Part shown: one piece after another, positions 19,088 to 28,266 of the stretch
Layout: each line of letters opens with the position of its first letter
How positions within the stretch are numbered: position 1 is the stretch's first letter
Origin: an uncultured Candidatus Saccharibacteria bacterium
GTDB lineage: Bacteria; Patescibacteriota; Minisyncoccia; Minisyncoccales; Staskawiczbacteraceae
Length of the DNA stretch: 51,878 bases
Direction: 5' to 3'
Assembly: GCA_964427585.1 (NCBI GenBank)
Contig: CAYRVC010000002.1
Span: 130,864-182,741 of the forward strand
The notes under the pieces: generated by a model
Databases searched by the model: none
Told to the model about the DNA's origin: nothing
The model's input: only the letters and a program-made list of their open reading frames with translations
Made by a program: the position numbers and the translations under genes

Positions 19088-19107
19088 ATTCCCGCGGAAT
19101 CGGGAAT
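19088..19107. repeat. ATTCCC-N8-GGGAAT palindrome (dRS3-like)
   Basis: attccc-gcggaatc-gggaat followed by cca. Confidence 0.7.
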
Positions 19108-19123
19108 CCAGCTCCGTCCGTCA

Positions 19124-19263
19124 TGGATAAATGGGGACAGCCACCATTTTTTTCATACCCGTATTTTACTACAGGGTGTTGCAATTAATTGTTGGATAAA
19201 TGGGGACAGCCACCATTTTTTTCATACCCGTATTTTACTACAGGGTGTTGCAATTAATTGTTG
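19124..19263. repeat. Exact tandem duplication of a 69-bp unit
   Basis: 19124-19192 is identical to 19193-19261; each unit carries the imperfect palindrome aaatggggacagccaccattt. Confidence 0.92.
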
Positions 19264-19281
19264 AACTAGGGGTGCAATAAA

Positions 19282-19309
19282 TTGACAGGAAATTTTATAC
19301 TGATAATAT
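19282..19309 (+). promoter_or_regulatory. Putative sigma70 promoter with extended -10
   Basis: TTGACA-16 bp-TAATAT preceded by TGn. Confidence 0.55.
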
Positions 19310-19331
19310 AAAAATATAAATAATAAAAAAC

Positions 19332-19661
19332 ATGACAGAAGAAATACAGCAAATTACAAAAAAAGAAATTCAAGAGGTTTTGGGCGAGCAGACGAAAAAA
19401 ATAGAAGAACGCCTAATTGAGCAGACGAAGAAAATAGAAGAACATTTAGCAGAACAGACAGATGTTATTTTGACTGCGGTTGATGAAAAAATAAAAGTAT
19501 TAGATTTAAAATTTACCGAAAAGTTTGATAAACTTACCACAACCCTTGATAATTTTTTGAAAAGGTTAACAGATACAGAAGATGAGTTTGCGATGATGCG
19601 CGCTGATATCAATAAAGTTAAAGAAGTTATAAAGCAAAAATTAGGAGTAGATTTAATGTAA
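19332..19661 (+). CDS. Small coiled-coil protein (paralog 1)
   Basis: QITKKEIQE...LDLKFTEKFDKL.T.LDNFLKRL.D.EDEF...KLGVDL shared with 19860-20177. Confidence 0.8.
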   Translation: MTEEIQQITKKEIQEVLGEQTKKIEERLIEQTKKIEEHLAEQTDVILTAVDEKIKVLDLKFTEKFDKLTTTLDNFLKRLTDTEDEFAMMRADINKVKEVIKQKLGVDLM

Positions 19662-19672
19662 CCTAAAAAGAT

Positions 19673-19840
19673 ATGTTTGTTACAAAGTGCGATTTGTGTA
19701 AAAAAGAAATAAAAAAAGGCAATAATTCGGTGAATCTGAGGTTCAATTTTTATGAAACTGCGGAATTTTGTGAGGAGTGCGGTTTTCCCATTTTAAAATT
19801 TTTGAAGAAAAATAAATTTATAAAAGAAGAAAAAAAATAA
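19673..19840 (+). CDS. Unannotated 55-aa CxxC...CxxC (zinc-ribbon-like) protein
   Basis: Hand translation MFVTKCDLCKKEIKKGNNSVNLRFNFYETAEFCEECGFPILKFLKKNKFIKEEKK*. Fills the gap between the two paralogs and is below the ORF-track cutoff. Confidence 0.75.
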   Translation: MFVTKCDLCKKEIKKGNNSVNLRFNFYETAEFCEECGFPILKFLKKNKFIKEEKK

Positions 19841-19859
19841 ATTAAACCAAATTAAAAAT

Positions 19860-20177
19860 ATGACCGAAGGAACAGAACAAATTACGAAAAAAGAAATCCA
19901 AGAACTTTTAAGAGAGCAGACAACTGTTATTTTGGATGCGGTGGACGAAAAACTTTCCGGAGTAAAAATAAATATGGTAGACCTGGAAGAGCGGATAGAG
20001 AAAAAAATAGAAACGTTGGATTTAAAATTTACTGAAAAATTCGATAAACTTGCCACAAGTCTTGATAATTTTTTAAAAAGATTAATAGACAAGGAGGACG
20101 AGTTTACGATAATAAAAGAAGACATCAACAAGATGAAAAAAGTCATAAAAGAAAAACTTGGGGTTGATTTAGCGTAA
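19860..20177 (+). CDS. Small coiled-coil protein (paralog 2)
   Basis: Clear paralog of 19332-19661. Confidence 0.8.
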   Translation: MTEGTEQITKKEIQELLREQTTVILDAVDEKLSGVKINMVDLEERIEKKIETLDLKFTEKFDKLATSLDNFLKRLIDKEDEFTIIKEDINKMKKVIKEKLGVDLA

Positions 20178-20246
20178 ATTATTATTTATTAGTTTAAATT
20201 TTTAAAATTGTCCGAGATTTGTTCTCGGACAATTCGTTATATTGTC

Positions 20247-21521
20247 ATGAAAACAGAAATTAAAAAATTACAAAAGTCCCAAATGGAAGTTGAATTTGAG
20301 TTGACGGCTGAAGAGTTTGAAAAGCATTTAAAGCATGCCGTTTCTCATTTTAAAGCTAAAATCCAGGTTGACGGATTCAGGCTGGGCCAAGCTCCGGATA
20401 AAATAATTGAAGAAAAAATAGGTTCAGAAAAGCTTTTGATGGAAGCCGGAGACATTGCGGTAAAAGAGGCCTACCTTAATTTTGTTTTGGAAAACGGCCT
20501 TGAGCCGATAGGGCAGCCCGAAATAAATATTTTAAAAATTGCCAAAGGCAATCCGTTTTTATTTAAAGCCAAAATTTCCGTTTTGCCAGAAATCGGCCTT
20601 CAAGATTATAAAGAAGCCGCAAAACAGGTCAAAAACAAGGAAATATCCGTCAAAGAAGAAGAAATTGAAGGAGCATTGAGCTACTTACGAAAATCGCGGG
20701 CCAAATTTTCGCAAAAAAACGGGGAAGCTGAAAAAGGGGACTTTGTGGAAATTGAATACCAGAGCAAAGACATAGATAATAATAAGCAGATAAAAGACAA
20801 GTTCATTTTAGGGGAAGGAGGATTTGTAAACGGTTTTGAAAACAGCCTGGCGGGAATGAAAAACAGCGAAGAAAAAGAGTTTTCCGTAAAATTTCCCGAT
20901 AACTACCAAAGGAAAGACCTGGCCGGAAAAGATATTTCTTTTAAGGTAAAAATGATTTCAGCCAAGAATATGGAGATGCCAGAAATAAATGACGAGTTTG
21001 CCAAATCTTTGGGGGCTTTTGAAAATTTATCAAGCCTGAAAAAAAACATTAAGGAGGGCATAACAATGGAGAAGCAAGAGGAGGAAAAACAGAGAAAAAG
21101 AGCGGAAATTTTGGATAAAATACGCCAGTCAGTTGAAGAAAAAAGTAATTTTGAAATACCGGAAATACTGCTTGATTATGAAAAAGACAGGCTGCTGGAA
21201 GATTTAAAGCATAAAATCACCCAGGCGGCAAAAATTACGTTTGAAGAATATCTTCAAACAGTAAAGCAAACGGAAGAAGCTATCAGGGAGAATTTTGCCA
21301 AGGAAGCCGAAAAGCGGCTTAAGAATTTTTTGATTTTAAGGGAGATAGGAAAAAAAGAAAAAATTGAAGTTTTAGCGGAAGAGCTGGAAGAAGAGTTGGC
21401 TAAATCCTTAGAATATCAGAAATCGGAAAAATTTGACACGGAACACTTCAAAGAGTATACTAAAGGCGCGATATATAATGAGAAAGTTTTTCAATTGCTT
21501 GAAAAGCTTTCTGAAATTTAG
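20247..21521 (+). CDS. tig: Trigger factor
   Basis: IQVDGFRLGQAP, FKBP-like middle (FILGEGGFVNGFE, VKFPDNYQRKDLAGK), upstream of clpP. ATG at 20247; the track start lies inside a 12-bp inverted repeat (20206-20234). Confidence 0.95.
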   Translation: MKTEIKKLQKSQMEVEFELTAEEFEKHLKHAVSHFKAKIQVDGFRLGQAPDKIIEEKIGSEKLLMEAGDIAVKEAYLNFVLENGLEPIGQPEINILKIAKGNPFLFKAKISVLPEIGLQDYKEAAKQVKNKEISVKEEEIEGALSYLRKSRAKFSQKNGEAEKGDFVEIEYQSKDIDNNKQIKDKFILGEGGFVNGFENSLAGMKNSEEKEFSVKFPDNYQRKDLAGKDISFKVKMISAKNMEMPEINDEFAKSLGAFENLSSLKKNIKEGITMEKQEEEKQRKRAEILDKIRQSVEEKSNFEIPEILLDYEKDRLLEDLKHKITQAAKITFEEYLQTVKQTEEAIRENFAKEAEKRLKNFLILREIGKKEKIEVLAEELEEELAKSLEYQKSEKFDTEHFKEYTKGAIYNEKVFQLLEKLSEI

Positions 21522-21542
21522 ATTTATTTAAAATTAAAGATA

Positions 21543-22133
21543 ATGCCTATAGTTCCAAGCATTATAGAAAAAGGACAGCGCGGTGAGCGCGTATACGATA
21601 TATTTTCCAGGCTTTTAGAGGAGCGCATTGTTTTTTTGGCGGGGCCGGTCACCGATTTGAACGCAAACTTGGTAATCGCCCAGATGCTTTATCTGGCTTC
21701 AAGAGACCAGAAAAAAGACATAAAGCTCTATATTAACAGCCCGGGTGGTTCGGTTACTGCGGGTTTAGCCATTTATGACACGATGCAATACTTGAAATGC
21801 CCGATATCCACTATTTGCATAGGCCTTACGGCTTCCATGGCGGCAATAATTTTGGCATCCGGCACCAAGGGCAAACGATTCGCCCTGCCTAATGCCGAAA
21901 TTCTTCTGCACCAGGTAGCCGGAGGATTCCAGGGCCAGGCAGTGGAAATTGAAATTACGGCAAAACAGATAATCAAGATGAAGGAAAAGCTAAACCAGAT
22001 TCTGTCGTCCCATACAGGCCAGTCCATAGAAAAGGTGGAAAAAGACACAGACAGGGATTTTTATTTGACAGCAGAGGAGGCGAAAAAATATGGCCTTATT
22101 GATGAAGTCATAGAATCGAAAGAAGAGAAATAA
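21543..22133 (+). CDS. clpP: ATP-dependent Clp protease proteolytic subunit
   Basis: [29 protein letters not shown] (catalytic Ser), [13 protein letters not shown]. Confidence 0.98.
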   Translation: MPIVPSIIEKGQRGERVYDIFSRLLEERIVFLAGPVTDLNANLVIAQMLYLASRDQKKDIKLYINSPGGSVTAGLAIYDTMQYLKCPISTICIGLTASMAAIILASGTKGKRFALPNAEILLHQVAGGFQGQAVEIEITAKQIIKMKEKLNQILSSHTGQSIEKVEKDTDRDFYLTAEEAKKYGLIDEVIESKEEK

Positions 22134-22224
22134 TCGAATAAAGTATAAAAAATTATACGCAAATACGAACTCACCGCGTAGGCTGAGTTTTTTTATTTAA
22201 AATTAATAATCAATAATCAAAATT

Positions 22225-23754
22225 ATGGAACAATTTATTTTATTGCTAACAGTAACCCTGTCAATGATTGGAGGCTCCATTTTAGGCTATTATGTCCGCC
22301 AATCGATAGCCAAAAGAAGAGCGGGAACATTGGAGGCAAAACTAGAGAAAAAAGTATTGCAGGTAAAGGAGGAAACTTCAGCCGCAATAAAAAAAGCCAA
22401 TGAAAAAGCCTCGGAAATCACAGATCGGGCGCAAAAAGAAATCGACGAAAGGAGAAGGGAATTTTTGAAAGCCCAGCAGCTTTTGCTGAACAGGGAAAAA
22501 CTGCTTGATTCAAAGATTGCTTCATTCGAGGGAAAGGAGGCGGAGCTAAAGGCAAAGGAAGAAAAAGTGAAGGAAATAAAAGAAGGATTGGATAAATTAA
22601 GGCTTGAAGCGGAAAAAAAGCTGGAAAAAGTGGCCAACCTTTCAAGAGAAGAAGCCAAGAAAGAGCTTTTAAGCCTGGTGGAAATAGAATACGAAAGGGA
22701 TATTTTAGAAAAGGTTAAAAAAATGGAAGAGAAAGGCAAAGAAAAGCTACAAGCCAGGGCAAAGGAAATAATCGCCATGGCGATACAAAAATGCGCCGTG
22801 CCCCAGACGCAGGAATTATCCACCACCACTATTATTCTGCAAAACGAGGATATTAAAGGAAGGATTATCGGAAAAGAGGGCAGAAATATTAAAACGTTTG
22901 AAAAGCTTACAGGCGTTGAGTTGATAGTGGACGAAACCCCTGATTCGGTGGTTATTTCCGGGTTCAATCCGGTGCGGAGGCAAATAGCCAAAATCGCTTT
23001 GGAAAAACTGATTCAGGACGGAAGGATACAACCGGCAAAAATTGAAGAAAAAATAGAAGAGGCCAAGGTTGAAATAGCCAATAAAATAAAGGAAGCCGGA
23101 GAGAAGGCCGCTTATGAAACAGGAATAATCGGCATGGATGACAAATTGGTGCAGATATTGGGCAGGCTTTATTATAGAACAAGTTACGGGCAAAACGTTC
23201 TTCTCCATTCAATGGAAGTGGCTTTGATATCGGAAACAATAGCCGAGGAGTTGAAAGCTGACAGTCAAGTTGCCAAAAGGGCAGGCCTTTTGCACGACAT
23301 AGGAAAAGCCATTGACCACCAGGTGCAAGGATCCCATATTGAAATCGGCATTAAAATACTGGAAAAATTCGGAGAATCGGAAGCTATAATAAAGGCCATG
23401 AGGGGCCACCACGAAGATTATCCCGCCGAAACGCTGGAAGCCATTATTGTAAAAACAGCCGACGCCGTTTCAGGGTCACGCCCCGGAGCAAGGAAAGACA
23501 CTTTGGAAAATTATCTTCAAAGGCTGAAGTCGCTTGAGGATATAGCCAATAAATTCCAGGGAGTTGACCGGTCTTATGCCATACAGGCTGGCAGGGAAAT
23601 AAGGGTTTTCGTGAAAGCGGATATGATTGACGATTTGGGAACCCAGAAAATGGCAAAGCAAATCGCCCAGGAAATCGAAGAAGAGCTGAAATACCCAGGT
23701 GAAATAAAGGTGGTTGTCGTAAGAGAAAACAGGGTGGTGGAATACGCCAGGTAG
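22225..23754 (+). CDS. rny: Ribonuclease Y
   Basis: N-terminal TM, coiled coil, KH (KGRIIGKEGRNI), HD (RTSYGQNVLLHS, LLHDIGKA), YAIQAGREIRV. Confidence 0.97.
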   Translation: MEQFILLLTVTLSMIGGSILGYYVRQSIAKRRAGTLEAKLEKKVLQVKEETSAAIKKANEKASEITDRAQKEIDERRREFLKAQQLLLNREKLLDSKIASFEGKEAELKAKEEKVKEIKEGLDKLRLEAEKKLEKVANLSREEAKKELLSLVEIEYERDILEKVKKMEEKGKEKLQARAKEIIAMAIQKCAVPQTQELSTTTIILQNEDIKGRIIGKEGRNIKTFEKLTGVELIVDETPDSVVISGFNPVRRQIAKIALEKLIQDGRIQPAKIEEKIEEAKVEIANKIKEAGEKAAYETGIIGMDDKLVQILGRLYYRTSYGQNVLLHSMEVALISETIAEELKADSQVAKRAGLLHDIGKAIDHQVQGSHIEIGIKILEKFGESEAIIKAMRGHHEDYPAETLEAIIVKTADAVSGSRPGARKDTLENYLQRLKSLEDIANKFQGVDRSYAIQAGREIRVFVKADMIDDLGTQKMAKQIAQEIEEELKYPGEIKVVVVRENRVVEYAR

Positions 23755-23792
23755 CTGAATTTGACGGCTTGTATTATTTATCGCATAAACCA

Positions 23793-23821
23793 TTGACATA
23801 TGCTCCTAGCTATGCTAGGAT
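23793..23821 (+). promoter_or_regulatory. Putative sigma70 promoter with extended -10
   Basis: TTGACA-17 bp-TAGGAT preceded by TGn. Confidence 0.6.
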
Positions 23822-23856
23822 TATAAATCCTCTTAGAAAGGGGATTTTTTAATGCG

Positions 23857-24025
23857 ATTTCCCTTGAATTACGAAATGCCTTACGAATTATTTTATTTTT
23901 GCTTGCGGGCGAGACTTTGAAAAAATTTTGAGGCATATACGGAGTATTCTGCCTCAAAATTTTTACAAAGGCGCAGCCCAAGCCAAAATATAAAGAATTT
24001 AAGCGCATTTCATAATTCAAGGAAT
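23857..24025 (+). ncRNA. Long rod-like hairpin (candidate structured leader or 6S-like RNA)
   Basis: Hand pairing gives a near-continuous stem: 23859-23883 with 24000-24024, and a perfect 15-bp inner stem 23921-23935/23950-23964. Confidence 0.5.
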
Positions 24026-24028
24026 GAT

Positions 24029-24517
24029 ATGATTTTTAGAATAATTTTGATAAAAAAGCTTTTTGTTGTTCTTGCAATTGCAGGAATGATTTCCTTAGCC
24101 GTATTGTTAGGATTATTTATTCCCGGACCCGCCAAAGCGGAGCCTTTTTTCGGGTCCCTATTGGAAAAAGCCGCGGCTTTTAATTCTTTTTGCAAGCTTT
24201 ATAACACCAATCACGAGGTTAAAAAGAGGGTAAAAATGATAGTTACCGGTTATTCCAGCAGGGTGGAGGAAACAGACGATACTCCCTTTATCACCGCTTC
24301 GGGGAAAAACGTGGCGGAGGGTATAATCGCTAACAACATGTTGCCGTTTGGCTCTAAAATCAGGATTCCTGAATTATACGGAGACAGAATATTTATTGTG
24401 GAAGACAGGATGCACCAAAGAAAGGGAAACTACCATGTTGACATTTGGTTTTCAGAATATTCTGAAGCAAAGGAGTTTGGAGCGAAAATAACTTACGTGG
24501 AAATATTAAAAAACTAA
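24029..24517 (+). CDS. Secreted or membrane 3D-domain (RlpA/DPBB-like) protein
   Basis: N-terminal hydrophobic segment; VTGYSS, TDDTPFITASG, LPFGSKIRIP, VEDRM, VDIWF. Confidence 0.85.
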   Translation: MIFRIILIKKLFVVLAIAGMISLAVLLGLFIPGPAKAEPFFGSLLEKAAAFNSFCKLYNTNHEVKKRVKMIVTGYSSRVEETDDTPFITASGKNVAEGIIANNMLPFGSKIRIPELYGDRIFIVEDRMHQRKGNYHVDIWFSEYSEAKEFGAKITYVEILKN

Positions 24518-24534
24518 TTTTGTAAAATAACGAG

Positions 24535-24568
24535 AAAAGGACTGCCCTTAGTTAGGGGCAGTCCTTTT
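24535..24568. terminator. Bidirectional intrinsic terminator
   Basis: aaaaggactgccc-loop-gggcagtcctttt between convergent genes. Confidence 0.85.
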
Positions 24569-24586
24569 TGCATGCTCTTTTTACGT

Positions 24587-25327
24587 TTATACTTCTAAAA
24601 ATTTTAAAAGATACATCGCTATTATTCCCAAAAATATTACCGCATAATTTAAAGAGGATTTTTTAATGTTATTTTCTTTCTGTATTTCGGGTATCAGGTC
24701 GGTTGCGGCAATATACAAGAATCCGCCGGCCGCAAACGCCAACAGATACTTTGAAAGAGGTTCAACCAGAAATAAAAGGTAAAACCCGAATATTCCTCCC
24801 AAAACAGATGTTATTGCTGTTAAGAAATTAAAAAGCAGGGCTTTTTTTCTTCCGAATCCGCCGTGCATTAAAACTCCGAAATCTCCGACTTCCTGCGGTA
24901 TCTCGTGCAGGATTATGGCGATGGTGGAAGCAACTCCTATTTTAAAACTGATGGCAAAACTTACCGCGATTATGATGCCGTCAATGAAATTATGGATTGC
25001 GTCGCCTATGAGGTTCATATAAACAAAAGTATGAACCTTGCAATCGCTTTCATGGCAGTGCCTCCAATGAATGATTTTTTCCACCATTAAAAACAAAAAA
25101 AACCCGGCCAGAGCGAACACGAAAGCGTTGCCGTTGCCGAATTCTTCGGTGGCTTCAGGCAACAGATGCAAAAAAGCGTCGCCCATGAGGCCCCCCACGG
25201 CCAGCGCCACAAAATAAAAAAGAAGCTTCTTTAAAATTTTTTCGTTTAAAGAAAGGGTAAAAATTCCGATAAAAGAAATCAAACTTACCAAAAAAGCGCT
25301 TAAAATAATTAAAAAAAGAGTAGCCAT
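24587..25327 (-). CDS. ZIP family metal (zinc) transporter
   Basis: LMGDAFLHLLPEA, HWRHCH loop, GDAIHNFIDG, LHEIPQEVGDF, YIAATDLIPE. Confidence 0.92.
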   Translation of the reverse strand: MATLFLIILSAFLVSLISFIGIFTLSLNEKILKKLLFYFVALAVGGLMGDAFLHLLPEATEEFGNGNAFVFALAGFFLFLMVEKIIHWRHCHESDCKVHTFVYMNLIGDAIHNFIDGIIIAVSFAISFKIGVASTIAIILHEIPQEVGDFGVLMHGGFGRKKALLFNFLTAITSVLGGIFGFYLLFLVEPLSKYLLAFAAGGFLYIAATDLIPEIQKENNIKKSSLNYAVIFLGIIAMYLLKFLEV

Positions 25328-25553
25328 AGTTTTTTAAAAATACGCGCCTGGTCTTCCCAGAATGGAACACCATCAAAAGCGTTATTTTACGTTTGAAAGG
25401 GGTATTTCAAACCTATTCTCTCGCCTGAACAGATAAATACCTGACATTTTATATGCTAAGCATACCACCAAAATATCCACAAATCAATTAATTGTTATCA
25501 TCAGATGTTTGTATTTCTCATTTATTTTGATACAATGAGGTAATATTAAAGCC

Positions 25554-27806
25554 ATGGAAAGACGCACATCTGGCGCAGAACAAACGCCTGAAGAGGAGCC
25601 TTCTTTAGCTCCCGAGCAGGATTATAAAGCCATAGAACCCGAAAAGACAGAACAAGAAAAACCAATTGAAAGTTTTTCTGATTTTTCATTGGAACAGCAG
25701 GAGGAAATTTTATATAAGCAAAAAATACTTTCGTCCTTGGCGTATTTTATCGGCAAGGATTTTCATATTCCCGTAGAGCTCAATAAACCGGGGGCCGGTT
25801 GGCATTGGGATTTTAAAAATAACGTGATCAGGGTTGACCCCAAGGATCTGTTGGAAAAATCAATGGATGTTCTCAGATTCATTATTTGCCACGAAGGAGG
25901 CCACCGACGAATTTCCAGGACTGATTTTATCCCAACCGAACAGTGGCGCCAGCAAGGTTTCCCTTTCATGATGAACGCCATTGAAGATGGTAGGGATAAT
26001 AACTTTGTGGCGGAAAGCTATCCAAAGTTTGCCGACCAGATGGCATTGGCATATAACGAATTTGCTGAACTTGAAGCCAAAGCAAAAGAATCATCCAAAG
26101 AAAAACTGGGGCAACAGCCGAGGTTTATGAAAGCTGGTTTTGAATATTTGAAGCAATGGTTCCGTGAAACTCAAGGACAGGCTTTTGAAATATCAGAAGA
26201 CCTTCCGGAAGAAGTGAAAGCAGTTGTCGCCAAAACTCTAAAATCAGCCCAAGATTCCTGGTTAACCTATCCATCTCGAAAAGAAGCCGATGCAGGAGGC
26301 AATATAGGAAAGAAAAAAGTTGATGGAGAAACAATAATCGGTGAATTTGCAAAGCGTTCTTATGAAATTAACCGGGATGAAGTCTGGCCTGAATTTAAAA
26401 AGTTGGTTGATATGGACATAGAAGACCAAAAAATGCAGGAAGCGCTTGATGATATGCAAAAGAATCAAGAAGAAGGGTCGCCGGACGGCAAGGATTTACC
26501 ACAGGACTTAAAAGATAAGCTTACAAAAGAGGAACAGGAGGCGTTGAAAGAAGCCATTAAAAAAGCGCTGGGCGAACCACAAAAAGAGGGAGAAAAACAA
26601 CCTGAAGATGGTGAACAGCAAGAAAGTGGCCAACCATCCGAGGATCAAGAGGGTGGAGAAGAAGAGCCAGAAGCCAAAAAGAAATCTTTTAAACCTGTTG
26701 ATTTGGACGCTTTGTCAAAAGAGTTAAAACAAAAAATAAAAGAATATATTGATTCTCTCCCGGAGGAAAAACAGGAAGCAATGGAAGAAAGCGCAAAAGC
26801 CAGGTTAAAAGAATTTGAAGATTCTTTAAACGAAGAGTTGCAGGGTAAACTGTCCGAAACACCCGAAGATGTGGTCGGTAAAAAAGAGCAAGCGGCAGAA
26901 CCGGAAAGCGACGGCAAAAAGACAGATTGGGAAAAAGAAGAAAGGAAGCAGGCGCAAAAGCGGGTTGACGTACGCAAAAAAATGGAAGCGACTCTGGAAA
27001 GTGGAGAGAAAAACACTTATGGAAAAACGCTGGAGAAGGTGGCTGATTTGGTTGACAAGATGACAGCGGATTTAAGGGATATTTTTATCAAAAGAAAAGA
27101 GGAAAAATATGAAAGCGGGTATCGCTCGGGGCGCCGCTGGAATATCAGGAAAAGAATCAGAGAAAAAATCGCCCAAATACCTTTATTAAAAACCGAGGCC
27201 CGAGAACAGCCGGAAAGCGAAAGCGAGGAAATGGACTATGCCATCACGCTGATGGTTGATTTATCCGGATCAATGAGGAGCAATAAAAAAATCCAGGAGG
27301 CGTTTAAATCAGCTGTTATTTTGGCTGAAACATTAAATAATCTTGGCGTTAAATTTGAAATCGTCGGATTTCAGGATATTTTGCTCGAATTTAAATCGTT
27401 TGAGGATAATTTTGACGACAGGGTGCGGGATAAACTCAGCCAAATGATTTTAGAAGTATATGGGAATAATCCTGGAGGTCATAATAACCCTTCAGATAAT
27501 GATGATGGAGCATGCCTAAAAAAGGCCTCGGAGCACCTGGAAGAGCAGGCAGCCAAAAATAAGGTGCTGTTTGTAATTTCCGACGGTATTCCTGAAACAG
27601 AAAATAAAAGCAGGAGTCAGCTCGACAGGGAACTTAAGGAAGCGGTAGCAGAAATATCTATCAATACAAGCCAGAAGCTGGTTGGCCTTGGATTGAACTC
27701 AGAGGCTGTCAAAAATTACTACCCAAATAATATATCGGGTGTTGATGCTAAAGAAATGGCTGAAACACTGGCCGGTTTATTAAGGGAAGTAATTGAAAAA
27801 TATTAA
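25554..27806 (+). CDS. vWA (MIDAS) protein with N-terminal HExxH putative metallopeptidase domain and acidic linker
   Basis: FIICHEGGH and NAIEDGRDN near the N-terminus; E/Q/K-rich linker; C-terminal LMVDLSGSM, EIVGF, NDDG, LFVISDG (CobT/NorD-like vWA). Confidence 0.85.
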   Translation: MERRTSGAEQTPEEEPSLAPEQDYKAIEPEKTEQEKPIESFSDFSLEQQEEILYKQKILSSLAYFIGKDFHIPVELNKPGAGWHWDFKNNVIRVDPKDLLEKSMDVLRFIICHEGGHRRISRTDFIPTEQWRQQGFPFMMNAIEDGRDNNFVAESYPKFADQMALAYNEFAELEAKAKESSKEKLGQQPRFMKAGFEYLKQWFRETQGQAFEISEDLPEEVKAVVAKTLKSAQDSWLTYPSRKEADAGGNIGKKKVDGETIIGEFAKRSYEINRDEVWPEFKKLVDMDIEDQKMQEALDDMQKNQEEGSPDGKDLPQDLKDKLTKEEQEALKEAIKKALGEPQKEGEKQPEDGEQQESGQPSEDQEGGEEEPEAKKKSFKPVDLDALSKELKQKIKEYIDSLPEEKQEAMEESAKARLKEFEDSLNEELQGKLSETPEDVVGKKEQAAEPESDGKKTDWEKEERKQAQKRVDVRKKMEATLESGEKNTYGKTLEKVADLVDKMTADLRDIFIKRKEEKYESGYRSGRRWNIRKRIREKIAQIPLLKTEAREQPESESEEMDYAITLMVDLSGSMRSNKKIQEAFKSAVILAETLNNLGVKFEIVGFQDILLEFKSFEDNFDDRVRDKLSQMILEVYGNNPGGHNNPSDNDDGACLKKASEHLEEQAAKNKVLFVISDGIPETENKSRSQLDRELKEAVAEISINTSQKLVGLGLNSEAVKNYYPNNISGVDAKEMAETLAGLLREVIEKY

Positions 27807-27837
27807 AATATTCAGTAGAATAAGCAAATCACTATTC

Positions 27838-28266
27838 ATGAAGAAATTACAAGAAGAAATCAGTCAATTTTCAAATGCCAGCCTGTCTTTAGGGAAGGCC
27901 GGTTTGATTATTTTGGAAAAACAAAAGGATTATGCCGCAAACCTGAAAAAGTTGGAAAAGACACTGTCAAACTTGGGGTATAAAAAAAGCAATGATTATG
28001 TTGACTTAATGGATGATTTATCTTCAGGGAAAAACAGGATTTTTTATGTTGAGCATGACAAAAAGCTTGACGGTTTTGCCTTGGAAATCATTGCTGAGTT
28101 TGAAGCGGGAATCGTAAGCTTGGCTGATAGAAAAAACAAGTCAGGGCTCAAAACAGCAACATGGAATCCCCTGAAGACTTCTATGATAATCGTCATGGCG
28201 CGAAAACAAATAGAAAATAGCTACCCGCGTCTTTTTGAATATATAAATTTAACGAAATCAATTTAA
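27838..28266 (+). CDS. Small hypothetical protein between the vWA and AAA+ genes
   Basis: Open frame; its TAA overlaps the ATG of the AAA+ gene (TAATG). ATG 27838 preferred over the track TTG at 27793. Confidence 0.7.
   Translation: MKKLQEEISQFSNASLSLGKAGLIILEKQKDYAANLKKLEKTLSNLGYKKSNDYVDLMDDLSSGKNRIFYVEHDKKLDGFALEIIAEFEAGIVSLADRKNKSGLKTATWNPLKTSMIIVMARKQIENSYPRLFEYINLTKSI

Noticed and set aside
19124-19263. CRISPR array
   Set aside because: Only two contiguous identical units, no spacers, and no cas genes in the window.
19073-19264. 63-aa ORF with an internal repeat
   Set aside because: It is simply the translation of the 69-bp DNA duplication; there is no independent support for coding.
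23778-24195. Short minus-strand ORFs across the rny-3D interval
   Set aside because: No motifs; the region is better explained by a promoter plus the long hairpin.
25360-25385. Fluoride riboswitch suggested by GATGGTGTTC on the minus strand
   Set aside because: It lacks the flanking pseudoknot and the downstream GCTGATGAC-type element, and the gene context is a ZIP transporter.
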